64,000 bases of DNA from an uncultured Gemmatimonadales bacterium (GTDB taxonomy: Bacteria; Gemmatimonadota; Gemmatimonadetes; Gemmatimonadales; Gemmatimonadaceae), in the NCBI GenBank assembly GCA_963851265.1, contig CAWKNZ010000003.1, forward strand, positions 32,001 through 96,000, given 5' to 3'. Both the position numbers and the translations under genes were made by a program. Below the pieces are notes generated by a model. It searched no databases, was not told the DNA's origin, and worked only from the letters and a program-made list of their open reading frames with translations. This document shows, piece by piece, positions 49,075-59,087 of the stretch; position 1 is the first letter of the stretch, and each line of letters starts with the position of its first letter.

Positions 49075-49676
49075 GTGAACGCATCCGGTACGCAGGATCC
49101 CCCGTGGAAAGTCGGCGAGCTCGCGCGCCGCACGGGGCTCACGGTGCGTGCGCTCCATCACTACGACGCCATCGGCCTGCTCACGCCGTCGCTCCGCACC
49201 GCGGCCGAGCACCGCCTCTATACGCGCCGCCGACGTCGAGCGCCTGCGCGGCGCTCCTCGACCGCTCGGAGGCCCCGAGCGTCGACGCCCTCTGCACCCT
49301 CCTTCAGGAGATGACCACGATGGACCAGCTCAGCCGCCACTTCACCCCCGAGCAGCAGGCCACGCTCACCGATCGCCGCGAGAGCTTCGGCGAGGCGCGC
49401 GCCCGGGAGATTCGCGCCGCGTGGGGCGAGATCCTCCCCGCCGTGCGCGCGGCCATGCAGCGGGGCACCGATCCGACGGCGCCCGAGGTGCTGGTCCTCG
49501 CGCGCCGGTGGCAGGCGCTCGTCGCGGAGCAGACCGGGGGCGACGCGGCCCTCGCGGCGGCGGCCCGCCGCATGTACGAGCAGGACGGCGCGTCTGCCGC
49601 CGCGGCGCTCGGGGACGCGCCGACGCCCGAGATGTTCGCCTATCTCGGGCCCGCCTTCGCGGCAGTCCGCACGTAG
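49075..49676 (+). pseudogene. TipA-like MerR regulator, frameshifted and internally deleted
   Basis: HTH WKVGELARRTGLTVRALHHYD..HRLYT in one frame, AADVERL in a second, TipAS-like domain (GTDPTAPEV..LARRW..TGGD) in a third; coiled coil missing. Confidence 0.82.
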
Positions 49677-49724
49677 GTTCCCGGCGTGCGCGGGAAGCAC
49701 CGCGCCACGGACGGCGTACGGCCG

Positions 49725-50459
49725 TCAGGCCGCCAGCCGCTCCAGCCCGCCGCTCTCCGCCACCCCCGCCCCCGCGGCCGCCCACCGCTCGACCATCGCG
49801 TCCACACGCTCCAGCCCCAGCCCCCACGTCGCATCCCGCACGACCACCACCTCGTACCCCCGTGCCAGCAGCCCCTCCACCGCCTGCCGCACGCAGACGT
49901 CGGCCGCGACCCCGCACACCACGAACGCCGGCGCCGCCGCGGCTCCGCGCGCCACGGCCGCGGCCAGCGCCGCCACGAACGCGTCCGCCCCCGGGTTCCC
50001 GTCGAACACCGAGAACTCGCGCTTGTGCACGAACACCGGCTGCCCCGCCGCGGCCGCCTCCGCCGCCGCGCGCGCCTCGCCCTCGGTCGCGTCGCGGCCT
50101 AACACCACCGTCGCCGCCGGGTCGGGCGCGACGCTCGGCAGCAGCTCCGCCCCGCGCCGCTCCGCGGCGTCGGGCGAGAGCCCCATGCAGTGCGGCGGGT
50201 ACGTCCCGCGCGTGGCGTCGGGCGCGACCGCGTCGATCTCCCGGTCGTCGGCGGCGTGCCAGTCGCCGGTGTACACGAGCGCGTCCGCGTGCGCCCTCAG
50301 CCACGCCACCGTCCGCTCGATCGCCGGCAACGCCCGCGTCGCGCCCGCGTCGGCGGCGTCGAACAGGTCGTGCACGTAGAGCCGCCCCCCGGCGTCCGGC
50401 GGGTCCATGAAGTCGCGCTGCACGTCGACCACCCAGCCGATGAGCGGACGCGCGTTCAC
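49725..50459 (-). CDS. Isochorismatase/nicotinamidase-like cysteine hydrolase
   Basis: VDVQRDF, DWH, PPHCM, HK..FSVF, GVAADVCV; GTGA overlap. Confidence 0.87.
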   Translation of the reverse strand: MNARPLIGWVVDVQRDFMDPPDAGGRLYVHDLFDAADAGATRALPAIERTVAWLRAHADALVYTGDWHAADDREIDAVAPDATRGTYPPHCMGLSPDAAERRGAELLPSVAPDPAATVVLGRDATEGEARAAAEAAAAGQPVFVHKREFSVFDGNPGADAFVAALAAAVARGAAAAPAFVVCGVAADVCVRQAVEGLLARGYEVVVVRDATWGLGLERVDAMVERWAAAGAGVAESGGLERLAA

Positions 50460-50920
50460 GAACGCGCACCCCCGGCCGCCACGTCCGGCATGGGCACGAC
50501 CGCGATCGTACACCGCGACACGCACACCAGCCGGTCCGCCTCGTCGACGATTCGCACGTCCCACACCTGCGTCGACCGCCCGACGTGCGCCGGGATCGCC
50601 GTGGCCGTCACCACGCCCTCGCGCAAACCCCGGACGTGATTCGCGTTGATCTCCAGTCCGACCGCCGCCTGTCGCGCCTGGTCGATGTGCAGCCACGCCC
50701 CCACGCTCGCCACCGTTTCGGCGAGCGCGACGCTCGCGCCGCCGTGGAGCAGTCCGAACGGCTGGTGCACCCGCGCCTCGACCGGCATCCGTGCCACCAC
50801 GCGCTCGCGCCCGAGCTCGACGAAGGTGATGCCGAGCGTGGCCGCGAGCCCGTATGTGGAGAGGCGCTCGACGACCTCCGACACGATCGCCGCCCGATCG
50901 GGCTGCGCGTCAGCCACCAC
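50456..50920 (-). CDS. PaaI/MenI-like hotdog thioesterase
   Basis: HQPFGLLHGGAS, AET, VGLEINANH, HVGRSTQVW. Confidence 0.92.
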   Translation of the reverse strand: MVADAQPDRAAIVSEVVERLSTYGLAATLGITFVELGRERVVARMPVEARVHQPFGLLHGGASVALAETVASVGAWLHIDQARQAAVGLEINANHVRGLREGVVTATAIPAHVGRSTQVWDVRIVDEADRLVCVSRCTIAVVPMPDVAAGGARS

Positions 50921-51428
50921 GCGCCGCCGCGAGCGCGGGGGCCACCACGCGGGCGTGCCACGCCTCGGCGAGCGGCAGCTCGAAGCGCGCGCGCCAGTCG
51001 GCCGCGGTGGTCACGGTCGTGTCGAACACCGGCGTTCCCGGACCGACAGTTCCCGCGGCGACCGCCGCGCGCAGCGCGGCGCGATCCCCGCCCAGCACTC
51101 GCCCGTCCGCGGCGCGCCAGTACACGCGCCCCGCCGTGAGCAACGACGTGCCGAGCGCCGGCTCGATCGCGCGCAGCGAACGGAACAGCCCGTCGATCGA
51201 GCAGCCGCTCGCGCCGGCCGTGGACTGGTCCACCGCGATCGCGAGGAACCGACCGTCGCGCCACTCGCGCCCCGCGCGCAGCGGCGCGCCGTGCGCCGCC
51301 CACCCCGCGAGGAACGCGTCGGCGGCGGCGAGCAGGTCGGCCTCGCTCCCCGCCGCGAGCGGGGCGTCGGCCGCGAACACCCAGAGGCGGGCGTCGTCGG
51401 GAAGCGAGTCGAACGGGACGGCAGGCAT
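50910..51428 (-). CDS. Conserved hypothetical protein with SGCSID motif
   Basis: LPDDARLWVF, WAAHG, ASGCSID, TPVFD, WH; no Walker A motif. Confidence 0.75.
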   Translation of the reverse strand: MPAVPFDSLPDDARLWVFAADAPLAAGSEADLLAAADAFLAGWAAHGAPLRAGREWRDGRFLAIAVDQSTAGASGCSIDGLFRSLRAIEPALGTSLLTAGRVYWRAADGRVLGGDRAALRAAVAAGTVGPGTPVFDTTVTTAADWRARFELPLAEAWHARVVAPALAAARGG

Positions 51429-51562
51429 GGGCGTGCGCGGAGAGCGGTGCAGGAGCTACGGGACACCTCGAACGCGGTCCGGGGTCCAATGGCATCCAAT
51501 GTAGCGTACGCTTCGCGCGGCCCCGACCGGTGCGCGCGAACCCGGCACGTACCTTTCGCCTC

Positions 51563-54500
51563 GTGACTGACCGCCTTCCGCCTTCCGCCGTGACGCCCCC
51601 GCCCGCCGTCGCCGTTCCGACGTACGTCGGCCCGGAGCGCCGCGGCCCCGACCGCCTCCCGGTCTTTCTCGAGCCGACGGGGCGCCGGTGGGAGCGGATC
51701 CGCAGCACGGTCCGCGCGGTCGCGGTGGTCACGAGCCTGCTCGCCCTCGTCGTCGTCGTCGTCGCCCTCGTCGCGCCGAACCTCGGCGGACTCGGGAACA
51801 CGCTGCTCCCCGAGCATCGCGTGCTCGGCCACCCCGCACGGTTGCTGCTCACGAAGAACGCCCGCCAGCGCGCCATCCAGGAGAACCGGCTGTACGGCGC
51901 GCTCAAGGCCAACCGCACGCCCAAGGGCGTGCGCGCCTCCGAGATTCGCGTCGACCCGCGGGCCAAGAAGCCCGGCCGCGTCCCGCTCGCCGATGAGCGC
52001 ACCGATCCGATCGTCGCCGGCTTTTACGTGTCGTGGGACACCACGTCGCGCGTGTCGCTCGCGCGCTACGTCAAGCACCTCGACTGGGTGGTCGGCGAGT
52101 TCGCCTTCGTCGACTCCACCGGCGACTCGCTGCAGGTCAAGGTCGACAAGCGCATCTTCGACATCGTCGACACGGTCGCCGAGGCCGAACGGCCGCGCGT
52201 CTTCCTCATGGTGTCCAACGCCTTCCGCGGCGAGTTCACGCCGCGCGCCCTCGTTCGCCTCACGGGCAGCGCCGCCGGCCGCACGCGCGCGGTGACCCAG
52301 CTCGTCGCCGCCGTGCGCCAGTACGGCTTCGCCGGCGTCACGCTCGACTTCGAGAACTTCCCCCCGTCGGCCGACCCCGGGCTCCTCGCCTTCGCGCGCG
52401 AGCTGCACGACGCGCTCAAGCCCGCCGGCGCGATCCTCACCCAGACCATCGCCACCGACGAGATCGAAGCCGAACGCGCCGCGCGGTACGCGTCGTTCAG
52501 CGACTACGTGTTCCTGATGCTCTACGACGAGCACTACAACACGAGCGGCGCGGGTCCGGTGGCCAGCCAGGCGTGGTTCGAGGCGCACGCGCGCGATTAC
52601 CTGCGCTACATCCCCGCCCGCAAGTCGATCGTCGCACTCGGCGCCTACGGCTACGACTGGAACGACGCGGAGTCGAAGGTCACGACGGTCAAGTTCCAGG
52701 ACGTGATCGAGTTCGCGCGCAACAACGCGGCGACGATGCAGTGGGACGCCCGGTCGCTCAACCCGTACATCACCTGGACCGACCCCGACTCGACCGACCA
52801 CGTCGTCTGGTACCTCGACGGCGCGAGCGCGTTCAACCAGGCGCGCGCCGCGATGCGCATGGGCGTCGCGGGCCTCGGCGTCTGGCGCCTCGGCTCTGAA
52901 GACCCGTCGATGTGGCGCGTGATCGACCGCGCGGGCGTCGCGGCCAGCCCCGCGCCCCTCGCCACCATCGACTCGCTCTACGACGTGGACTTCGTCGGCA
53001 CCGGCGAGGTGCTCAAGATCATCGCCACGCCCACCGCCGGCGCGCGCACCCTCACGGTCGACCCCAACACCGGCTTCGTCACCGGACAGACCGTCACCGC
53101 GCTTCCCTCGCCCTACATCGTGCAGCGTGCGGGCGCGCACCCGGGCAACCCGCCCGGGAAGGGCGGTCGCAAGATCGCCCTCACCTTCGACGACGGCCCC
53201 GACGGCCAGTGGACGCCGCCGATCCTCGACACGCTCAAACGGTACGGCGTACCGGCGACGTTCTTCGTGATCGGGCAGAACGTGCAGAACCACCTCGCCC
53301 TCACGCGTCGCGTGTACCGCGAGGGGCACGAGATCGGGAACCACACCTACACGCACCCCAACCTCGCGCTCGAGCCGCGCTGGCTGCAGCGCCTCGAGAT
53401 CGACGCCACCGCGCGCATCCTCGAGGCCGCGCTCGACCGCCAGTCGGCCCTCTTCCGCCCGCCCTACTTCGGGGACGCCGAGCCGACCACCACCGACGAG
53501 CTCGGGCCGGTGAGCGTGGCCAGCCGCCTCGGCTTCGTCACGGCCGGCCTCCACCTCGACGGCGAGGACTGGGACCTCGCCAACACGCGCACGCCCGAGC
53601 AGATCGTCCAGAACGTGCTCGAGGCGCGCGACGCGCGCCCCCTCGACGGCAACGTCGTCCTGCTGCACGACGGCGGCGGCAACCGGCGGCTGACCGTCGC
53701 CGCGTTAGGCCCGCTCGTCGACTCGCTGCGCGCGCGCGGCGACACGCTCGTCCTCTTCTCCGAACTCACCGGGGTGCCGCGCGACGCGGCGATGCCGCCG
53801 CTCGCGCGCGGCAGCCTCGCGGTCCGCTGGCTCGAACTCGCCGGCTTCGGCCTCATCGGCGGCGGCGAGTGGGTGCTCTTCTGGGTGCTCACCGTCGCGG
53901 TCGTGCTCGGCCTCGCGCGGCTCGCCTTCATCATGACGCTCGCCGCCGTGCACCGCGTGCGCTCGGGCCGCGTCGCCGCGCGCCTCGACGCCCTCGCCGC
54001 GGAAGGGCGGCCCTCGCCGGGCCACGACTACGCGCCGAGCGTGAGCGTGATCGTCCCCGCGTACAACGAGGAGAAGGTCATCGTGAAGACGATCACCTCG
54101 CTCCTGACGCAGCGGTACGCCGGCCCGCTCGAGATCGTCGTCGTCGACGACGGCTCCCCCGACAGCACGTACGAGATCGCCGAGCACGCCTACGCCCAGC
54201 ACCCGCAGGTCTCCGTCTACACCAAGCCCAACGGCGGCAAGGCCAGCGCGCTCAACTACGGCATCGCCCGCGCGCGCGGCGAGATCGTCATCGGCCTCGA
54301 CGCCGACACGGTCTTCCTGCCCAACACCACCGCCGAGCTCATCGCCCCGCTCGCGGACCCGAAGGTGGGCGCGGTGGCCGGCAACGCGAAGGTCGGCAAC
54401 CGCGTCAACATCGTCACCCAGTGGCAAGCCGTCGAGTACGTGACGAGTCAGAACCTCGACCGGCGCGCCTTCGCCCTCCTCGACTGCATCACCGTCGTGC

Positions 54501-55198
54501 CGGGCGCCGTGGGCGCGTGGCGCCGCGCGCTCGTCCTCGAGGTGGGCGGCTTCAGCGACGACACCCTCGCCGAGGACCAGGACCTCACGCTCGAGATCCG
54601 CCGCCGCGGCTACTCGGTCGCCTACGCCGACCACGCCGTCGCCTACACCGAGGCGCCCGACACGCTCCGCGGCCTCGCCAAACAGCGCTTCCGTTGGAGC
54701 TTCGGCACCCTGCAGTGCATGTGGAAGCACCGCGACGTGCTGCTCCGCCCGCGCTACGGCTCGCTCGGCACGGTCGCGATGCCTAACGTGTGGATCTTCC
54801 AGCTCGTCTTCGCGGCGATCGGGCCCGTCGCCGACCTGATGTTCGTGCTGAGCATCCTGTCGGTGTGGCTCAACAAGCTGCAGCACGGCTCCACGTACGC
54901 GCTCGTCAACCTGCAGCAGATCCTCGCCTACTACGCGGTCTTCCTCGTCGTCGACTGGCTCGCCGCGGTGCTCGCCTTCCTCATGGAGCCGGGCGAGGAC
55001 AAGCGGCTCACCTGGCTCATCTTCCTGCAGCGCTTCGCCTACCGCCAGGTGATGTACTGGGTGGTGGTGCGCTCGTTCGCGGCCGCGCTGCGCGGCCGGG
55101 TCGTGGGCTGGGGTAAGCTCGACCGCACGGGCGCGGTCACCGTGCCGGGCGGCGCAGGAGGCGCGCGGCGGTGGTGGCAGCGGCCCCGCCCGGCCTAG
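51563..55198 (+). CDS. Trimodular GH18-like / CE4 deacetylase / GT2 polysaccharide synthase
   Basis: GVTLDFE, LYDEH, WRLGSED; TFDDGP, NHTYTH, FRPPY, LLHDGG; PAYNEE, DDGS, GGKA, DAD, LAED, QRFRW. Start uncertain. Confidence 0.93.
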   Translation: MTDRLPPSAVTPPPAVAVPTYVGPERRGPDRLPVFLEPTGRRWERIRSTVRAVAVVTSLLALVVVVVALVAPNLGGLGNTLLPEHRVLGHPARLLLTKNARQRAIQENRLYGALKANRTPKGVRASEIRVDPRAKKPGRVPLADERTDPIVAGFYVSWDTTSRVSLARYVKHLDWVVGEFAFVDSTGDSLQVKVDKRIFDIVDTVAEAERPRVFLMVSNAFRGEFTPRALVRLTGSAAGRTRAVTQLVAAVRQYGFAGVTLDFENFPPSADPGLLAFARELHDALKPAGAILTQTIATDEIEAERAARYASFSDYVFLMLYDEHYNTSGAGPVASQAWFEAHARDYLRYIPARKSIVALGAYGYDWNDAESKVTTVKFQDVIEFARNNAATMQWDARSLNPYITWTDPDSTDHVVWYLDGASAFNQARAAMRMGVAGLGVWRLGSEDPSMWRVIDRAGVAASPAPLATIDSLYDVDFVGTGEVLKIIATPTAGARTLTVDPNTGFVTGQTVTALPSPYIVQRAGAHPGNPPGKGGRKIALTFDDGPDGQWTPPILDTLKRYGVPATFFVIGQNVQNHLALTRRVYREGHEIGNHTYTHPNLALEPRWLQRLEIDATARILEAALDRQSALFRPPYFGDAEPTTTDELGPVSVASRLGFVTAGLHLDGEDWDLANTRTPEQIVQNVLEARDARPLDGNVVLLHDGGGNRRLTVAALGPLVDSLRARGDTLVLFSELTGVPRDAAMPPLARGSLAVRWLELAGFGLIGGGEWVLFWVLTVAVVLGLARLAFIMTLAAVHRVRSGRVAARLDALAAEGRPSPGHDYAPSVSVIVPAYNEEKVIVKTITSLLTQRYAGPLEIVVVDDGSPDSTYEIAEHAYAQHPQVSVYTKPNGGKASALNYGIARARGEIVIGLDADTVFLPNTTAELIAPLADPKVGAVAGNAKVGNRVNIVTQWQAVEYVTSQNLDRRAFALLDCITVVPGAVGAWRRALVLEVGGFSDDTLAEDQDLTLEIRRRGYSVAYADHAVAYTEAPDTLRGLAKQRFRWSFGTLQCMWKHRDVLLRPRYGSLGTVAMPNVWIFQLVFAAIGPVADLMFVLSILSVWLNKLQHGSTYALVNLQQILAYYAVFLVVDWLAAVLAFLMEPGEDKRLTWLIFLQRFAYRQVMYWVVVRSFAAALRGRVVGWGKLDRTGAVTVPGGAGGARRWWQRPRPA

Positions 55199-55233
55199 CC
55201 ACGCGCCCGCGAAAGCCCGGCTACCTTGCGATC

Positions 55234-58200
55234 ATGACCGCGCCGTCAGCTCCACGGCCCCGCCCGCCGGCGGGCGGCCCATCGGCCGACGGCGCCGACG
55301 CGACCGGCGCGTCGAGGACGCCGGATCGGCGCGGGAACGGCACGTCGACGGGTGCGGCGTCGGTCGCGCCCGCCGGAGGGGGCCGGGCCGGCGACGACGC
55401 CGCCCGCCCCGTCGTCACCCCGGCCGCGGAGGCGCAGATCGCCGAGCGCACGCGCTGGATCGGACCCGCCATCGCCGTCGTGCTGTTCGCGGTCGCGCTC
55501 GTCGTCCTCCAGCGCGAGCTCGCCGCCTACCGTTTCGCCGACGTCACGCGCGCCTTCCACGCGATCCCCGGTTCGCGGCTCGGCACGGCGCTCGCCTTCA
55601 CGGCGCTGAGCTACGCGGTGCTCCCCGGATACGACGCGCTCGCACTCGCCTACGTGCGACGTGAGCTGCCGCTCCGCCGCGTCGCGTTCGCCTCGTTCCT
55701 CTCGTACGCCATCTCGCACACGCTCGGCTTCCCGGTGCTCACCGGCGGCGCCGTACGCGTGCGCTTCTGGAGCGGCTGGGGCCTTTCCACGGGCGAGATC
55801 GCGCAAGCCGTCAGCTTCGCCGGCTTCGCTTTCACGGTTGGCATGGTGCTCATGGCCGGCGTGGTGTTCGTCGCGGCACCGTCCGAAATGACGCGGCTGC
55901 TGCACCTGCCATTCGCGTCGCTGCAGCCCGTCGGGCTCGCCCTCCTCGCCCTCGTCGCCGCGTACGTGGCGTGGAGCGTCGTGACCGCCGTGCGCGGCGT
56001 GCAGGCCGAACCCGCGTACGGCCGCCGAGCCTTCGACCCGCCCGACACGGGTGGCACCGCCGCCGATGCCCGCGTGCACGAGGGGCCCGCCCTCGTCGCC
56101 TCGCCCACCGCGGGAGCGGGACTCACCCCCGTCATCCCCGTTCGCTCCGCGGGCCCCGACACCGCGATCGACGCGTCCGTCCTCTCCGACACCACGCCGC
56201 TCGCGCTCGACGCGGTGGTGCCCGACCGCACCGGTCCGCCAGGCACCGAGGGGCGCGGACGCGCGAGCGCCACGGGCCGCATCCGGATCGGCGGTTGGGC
56301 GTTCCCCGTCCCCAGCCCGCGCCTCGCGATCTCGCAGCTCGTCCTCGCCGCGCTCGACTGGACCATCGCCGGCGCGGTGCTCTGGGCGCTGCTCCCGCAC
56401 GGTGCCGACCTCGGGGCGGTCCCGTTCTTCCCGTTCCTCGGCGCGTTCCTCCTCGCCCAGTTCGCCGGCGTGCTGAGCCACGTGCCCGGCGGACTCGGCG
56501 TGTTCGAATCGCTGCTCGTGCTGCTGCTCGGCCGGTACGTGCCGGCAGCGCAGGTGCTCGGCGCCCTCGTCGCCTACCGCGCCGTCTACTACCTCCTGCC
56601 GTTCGTCACGGCGGTCGCGGCGTTCGGCGTCTACGAGACGCGACTGGGGCAGCACCGCGTCGCCATCGTCGCCGCGCGCAGCGCGCGCGCCTTCGGGCGC
56701 GTGGGGCCCGTCGTCGTGCCCGCGGCGCTCAGCTTCGCCACGTTCGCGGCCGGCGCGGTGCTGCTCGTCTCGGGCGCGACGCCCTCGCTTCACCATCGCC
56801 TCGTCGTCCTGCACACGGAGCTCCCGCTCGGCGTCATCGAGCTTTCGCACCTCGCCGCCTCGCTCGCCGGTGCCGCGCTCCTCGTCGTCGCGTGGGCCGT
56901 CCGCCGCCGCCTCGACGCGGCGTGGGGTCTCGCGGTCGCGCTGCTCGGCGTGGGCATAGTCGGCTCGCTGCTCAAGGGGCTCGACTACGAGGAGGCGATC
57001 GTTCTCACCCTCGTGCTGGCCGCCCTCCTGCCGAGTCGCAAGGCGTTCTACCGGAAGGCCGCCCTCATGAGCGAGTCCTTCACGCCGGGGTGGACGGTCG
57101 CGGTCGCCCTCGTGCTGGGCATCTCGGTCTGGCTCGGCTTCTTCTCGTACAAGCACGTCGAGTACTCCAACGACCTCTGGTGGCGTTTCACGGTCCGCGG
57201 CGACGCGCCCCGATTCCTCCGCGCCACGGTCGGCGCCGCCGGCGGGCTGCTCGTCTTCGGCCTGGCGCGGCTCCTCCGCCACGCCCCCGCCGACCCCGAG
57301 CCGCCAGCGCCGGCCGACCTCGCGCGCGCGGCCGCGGTCATCGCCACGGCCCCCAACACCGAAGCCAACCTCGCCCTCCTCGGCGACAAGTCGCTGCTCT
57401 TTTCGGCGCGCGGCAACGCCTTCGTCATGTACGGCGTGTCGGGCCGCAGCTGGGTCGCGTTAGGCGACCCCGTGGGGCCGGCCGACGAGCACGCGGAGCT
57501 CGCGTGGAAGTTCAAGGAGGCCGCCGACGAGCACGGCGGCTGGCCGGTGTTCTACCAGGTGAGCGTCGACCACCTGCCGCTCTACATCGACCTCGGCCTC
57601 ACGCTGTTGAAGCTCGGCGAGGAGGCGCGAATCCCGCTGCCCAAGTTCTCGCTCGACGGCGGCGCGCGGAAGAGCATGCGCCGCATCGTGAACGCGGTGG
57701 ACAAGACCGGCGCGAGTTTCGAGGTCGTCGGCCCCGAGCAGGTGCCGGCCCTGCTGCCCGAGCTGCGCCGCGTGAGCGACGCGTGGCTCGCGAGCAAGCG
57801 GGTGCGCGAGAAGGGCTTCTCGTTAGGCTACTTCGACGAGGACTATCTGCGCCACTTCCCGCTCGCCCTCGTCCGCGCCCCGCGCCGCGACGGCGGCGAT
57901 CGCACCGGCGACCAGATCGTCGCGTTCGCCAACCTCTGGACCGGCGCCGGAAAGCACGAGCTGTCCATGGACCTCATGCGCTACGCCCCCGAGGCGCCCG
58001 AGAGCGTGATGGAATACCTCTTCCTCCAACTCATGACCTGGGGCAAGGCGCAGGGCTTCGAGGAGTTCAACCTCGGCATGGCCCCGCTCTCCGGATTCGA
58101 GAGCCGGTCGCTCGCCCCGCTCTGGATTCGCGCCGGCGCCCTCGTGTACCAGCACGGCGAGAACTTCTACAATTTCCAGGGCCTCCGCCGCTACAAGGAG

Positions 58201-58323
58201 AAGTTCGACCCCGTCTGGGAACCGCGCTACCTCGCCTCACCCGGCGGACTCGCCCTGCCGCGCATCCTCGCCAACGTCACCGCGCTCATCTCGGGCGGGC
58301 TCAAGGGCGTGGTGGCGCGGTGA
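55234..58323 (+). CDS. mprF: Bifunctional aminoacyl-phosphatidylglycerol flippase/synthase
   Basis: HVPGGLGVFE, YRAVYYLLP, KGLDYEE, APRFLR, LGDPVG, KLGEEA, EKGFSLG, DLMR, YNFQGLRRYKEKF. Confidence 0.96.
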   Translation: MTAPSAPRPRPPAGGPSADGADATGASRTPDRRGNGTSTGAASVAPAGGGRAGDDAARPVVTPAAEAQIAERTRWIGPAIAVVLFAVALVVLQRELAAYRFADVTRAFHAIPGSRLGTALAFTALSYAVLPGYDALALAYVRRELPLRRVAFASFLSYAISHTLGFPVLTGGAVRVRFWSGWGLSTGEIAQAVSFAGFAFTVGMVLMAGVVFVAAPSEMTRLLHLPFASLQPVGLALLALVAAYVAWSVVTAVRGVQAEPAYGRRAFDPPDTGGTAADARVHEGPALVASPTAGAGLTPVIPVRSAGPDTAIDASVLSDTTPLALDAVVPDRTGPPGTEGRGRASATGRIRIGGWAFPVPSPRLAISQLVLAALDWTIAGAVLWALLPHGADLGAVPFFPFLGAFLLAQFAGVLSHVPGGLGVFESLLVLLLGRYVPAAQVLGALVAYRAVYYLLPFVTAVAAFGVYETRLGQHRVAIVAARSARAFGRVGPVVVPAALSFATFAAGAVLLVSGATPSLHHRLVVLHTELPLGVIELSHLAASLAGAALLVVAWAVRRRLDAAWGLAVALLGVGIVGSLLKGLDYEEAIVLTLVLAALLPSRKAFYRKAALMSESFTPGWTVAVALVLGISVWLGFFSYKHVEYSNDLWWRFTVRGDAPRFLRATVGAAGGLLVFGLARLLRHAPADPEPPAPADLARAAAVIATAPNTEANLALLGDKSLLFSARGNAFVMYGVSGRSWVALGDPVGPADEHAELAWKFKEAADEHGGWPVFYQVSVDHLPLYIDLGLTLLKLGEEARIPLPKFSLDGGARKSMRRIVNAVDKTGASFEVVGPEQVPALLPELRRVSDAWLASKRVREKGFSLGYFDEDYLRHFPLALVRAPRRDGGDRTGDQIVAFANLWTGAGKHELSMDLMRYAPEAPESVMEYLFLQLMTWGKAQGFEEFNLGMAPLSGFESRSLAPLWIRAGALVYQHGENFYNFQGLRRYKEKFDPVWEPRYLASPGGLALPRILANVTALISGGLKGVVAR

Positions 58324-59087
58324 GCGCGATCGAGACACCACCCTTCCGCGTCATGTACCGCCTCCTCGTCCTCCTGGCGGTGGCCGCGCGCCCACTCGCG
58401 GCACAACAGCCCGCCGCCGTCCCCGACGTGCGCGACCTGCCGCTGGTCGAAGTGGCCGCGGCGGCGACGCCCGCCACCGCGCCGTCCCCGGCCGCCCAAC
58501 GCGCGTTCGCCATCCTCATCACCGGCGACGGCGACTGGGCGGCGATCGACAAGGGCATCGCCGGCGCCGTCGCGGCCGGCGGCGTGCCCGTCGTGGGCCT
58601 CAAAATCCGCGCCTACCTCGAGCACGGCAAGCGCACGCCCGACGGCCTCGCGCGCGACGTCGAACGCCTCGCCCGCGCGTACGCGGCGCGCTGGAACCGC
58701 GACCGCGTCGTGCTGCTCGGCTTCTCGCGCGGGGCCGAGTTTGCGCCGTTCATCGTCAACCGGCTCGCCCCCGACGTGCGCGACCTCGTCGCCCTCGTCG
58801 GCATGTACGGCCCCGAGCAGAACGCGAGCTTCGAGTTCCACTTCTTCGACCTCTTCTCCAACCCGCACCGCGCGAGCGACGTCCCCGTCGCGCCCGAGTT
58901 CGCGCGCATGGTGGCGCGCCCGCAGCCCCGCGCATTCTGCGTCTACGGCGCCGACGAGCGCGAGTCGGCGTGCACCACCGCCCCCGACACGCCCACCCTG
59001 CACAAGATCGAACGCGGCGGCGCCCACCACTTCGACAAGAACTACCCCGGCCTCGGGCGCCTCGCGCTGGAAGAGCTCGCGCGATGA
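58320..59087 (+). CDS. acvB: AcvB/VirJ-family aminoacyl-PG hydrolase (single domain)
   Basis: GTGA overlap with mprF (alternative ATG 58353); TGDGDW, GFSRGA, CVYG, GAHHFD. Confidence 0.85.
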   Translation: MSAIETPPFRVMYRLLVLLAVAARPLAAQQPAAVPDVRDLPLVEVAAAATPATAPSPAAQRAFAILITGDGDWAAIDKGIAGAVAAGGVPVVGLKIRAYLEHGKRTPDGLARDVERLARAYAARWNRDRVVLLGFSRGAEFAPFIVNRLAPDVRDLVALVGMYGPEQNASFEFHFFDLFSNPHRASDVPVAPEFARMVARPQPRAFCVYGADERESACTTAPDTPTLHKIERGGAHHFDKNYPGLGRLALEELAR

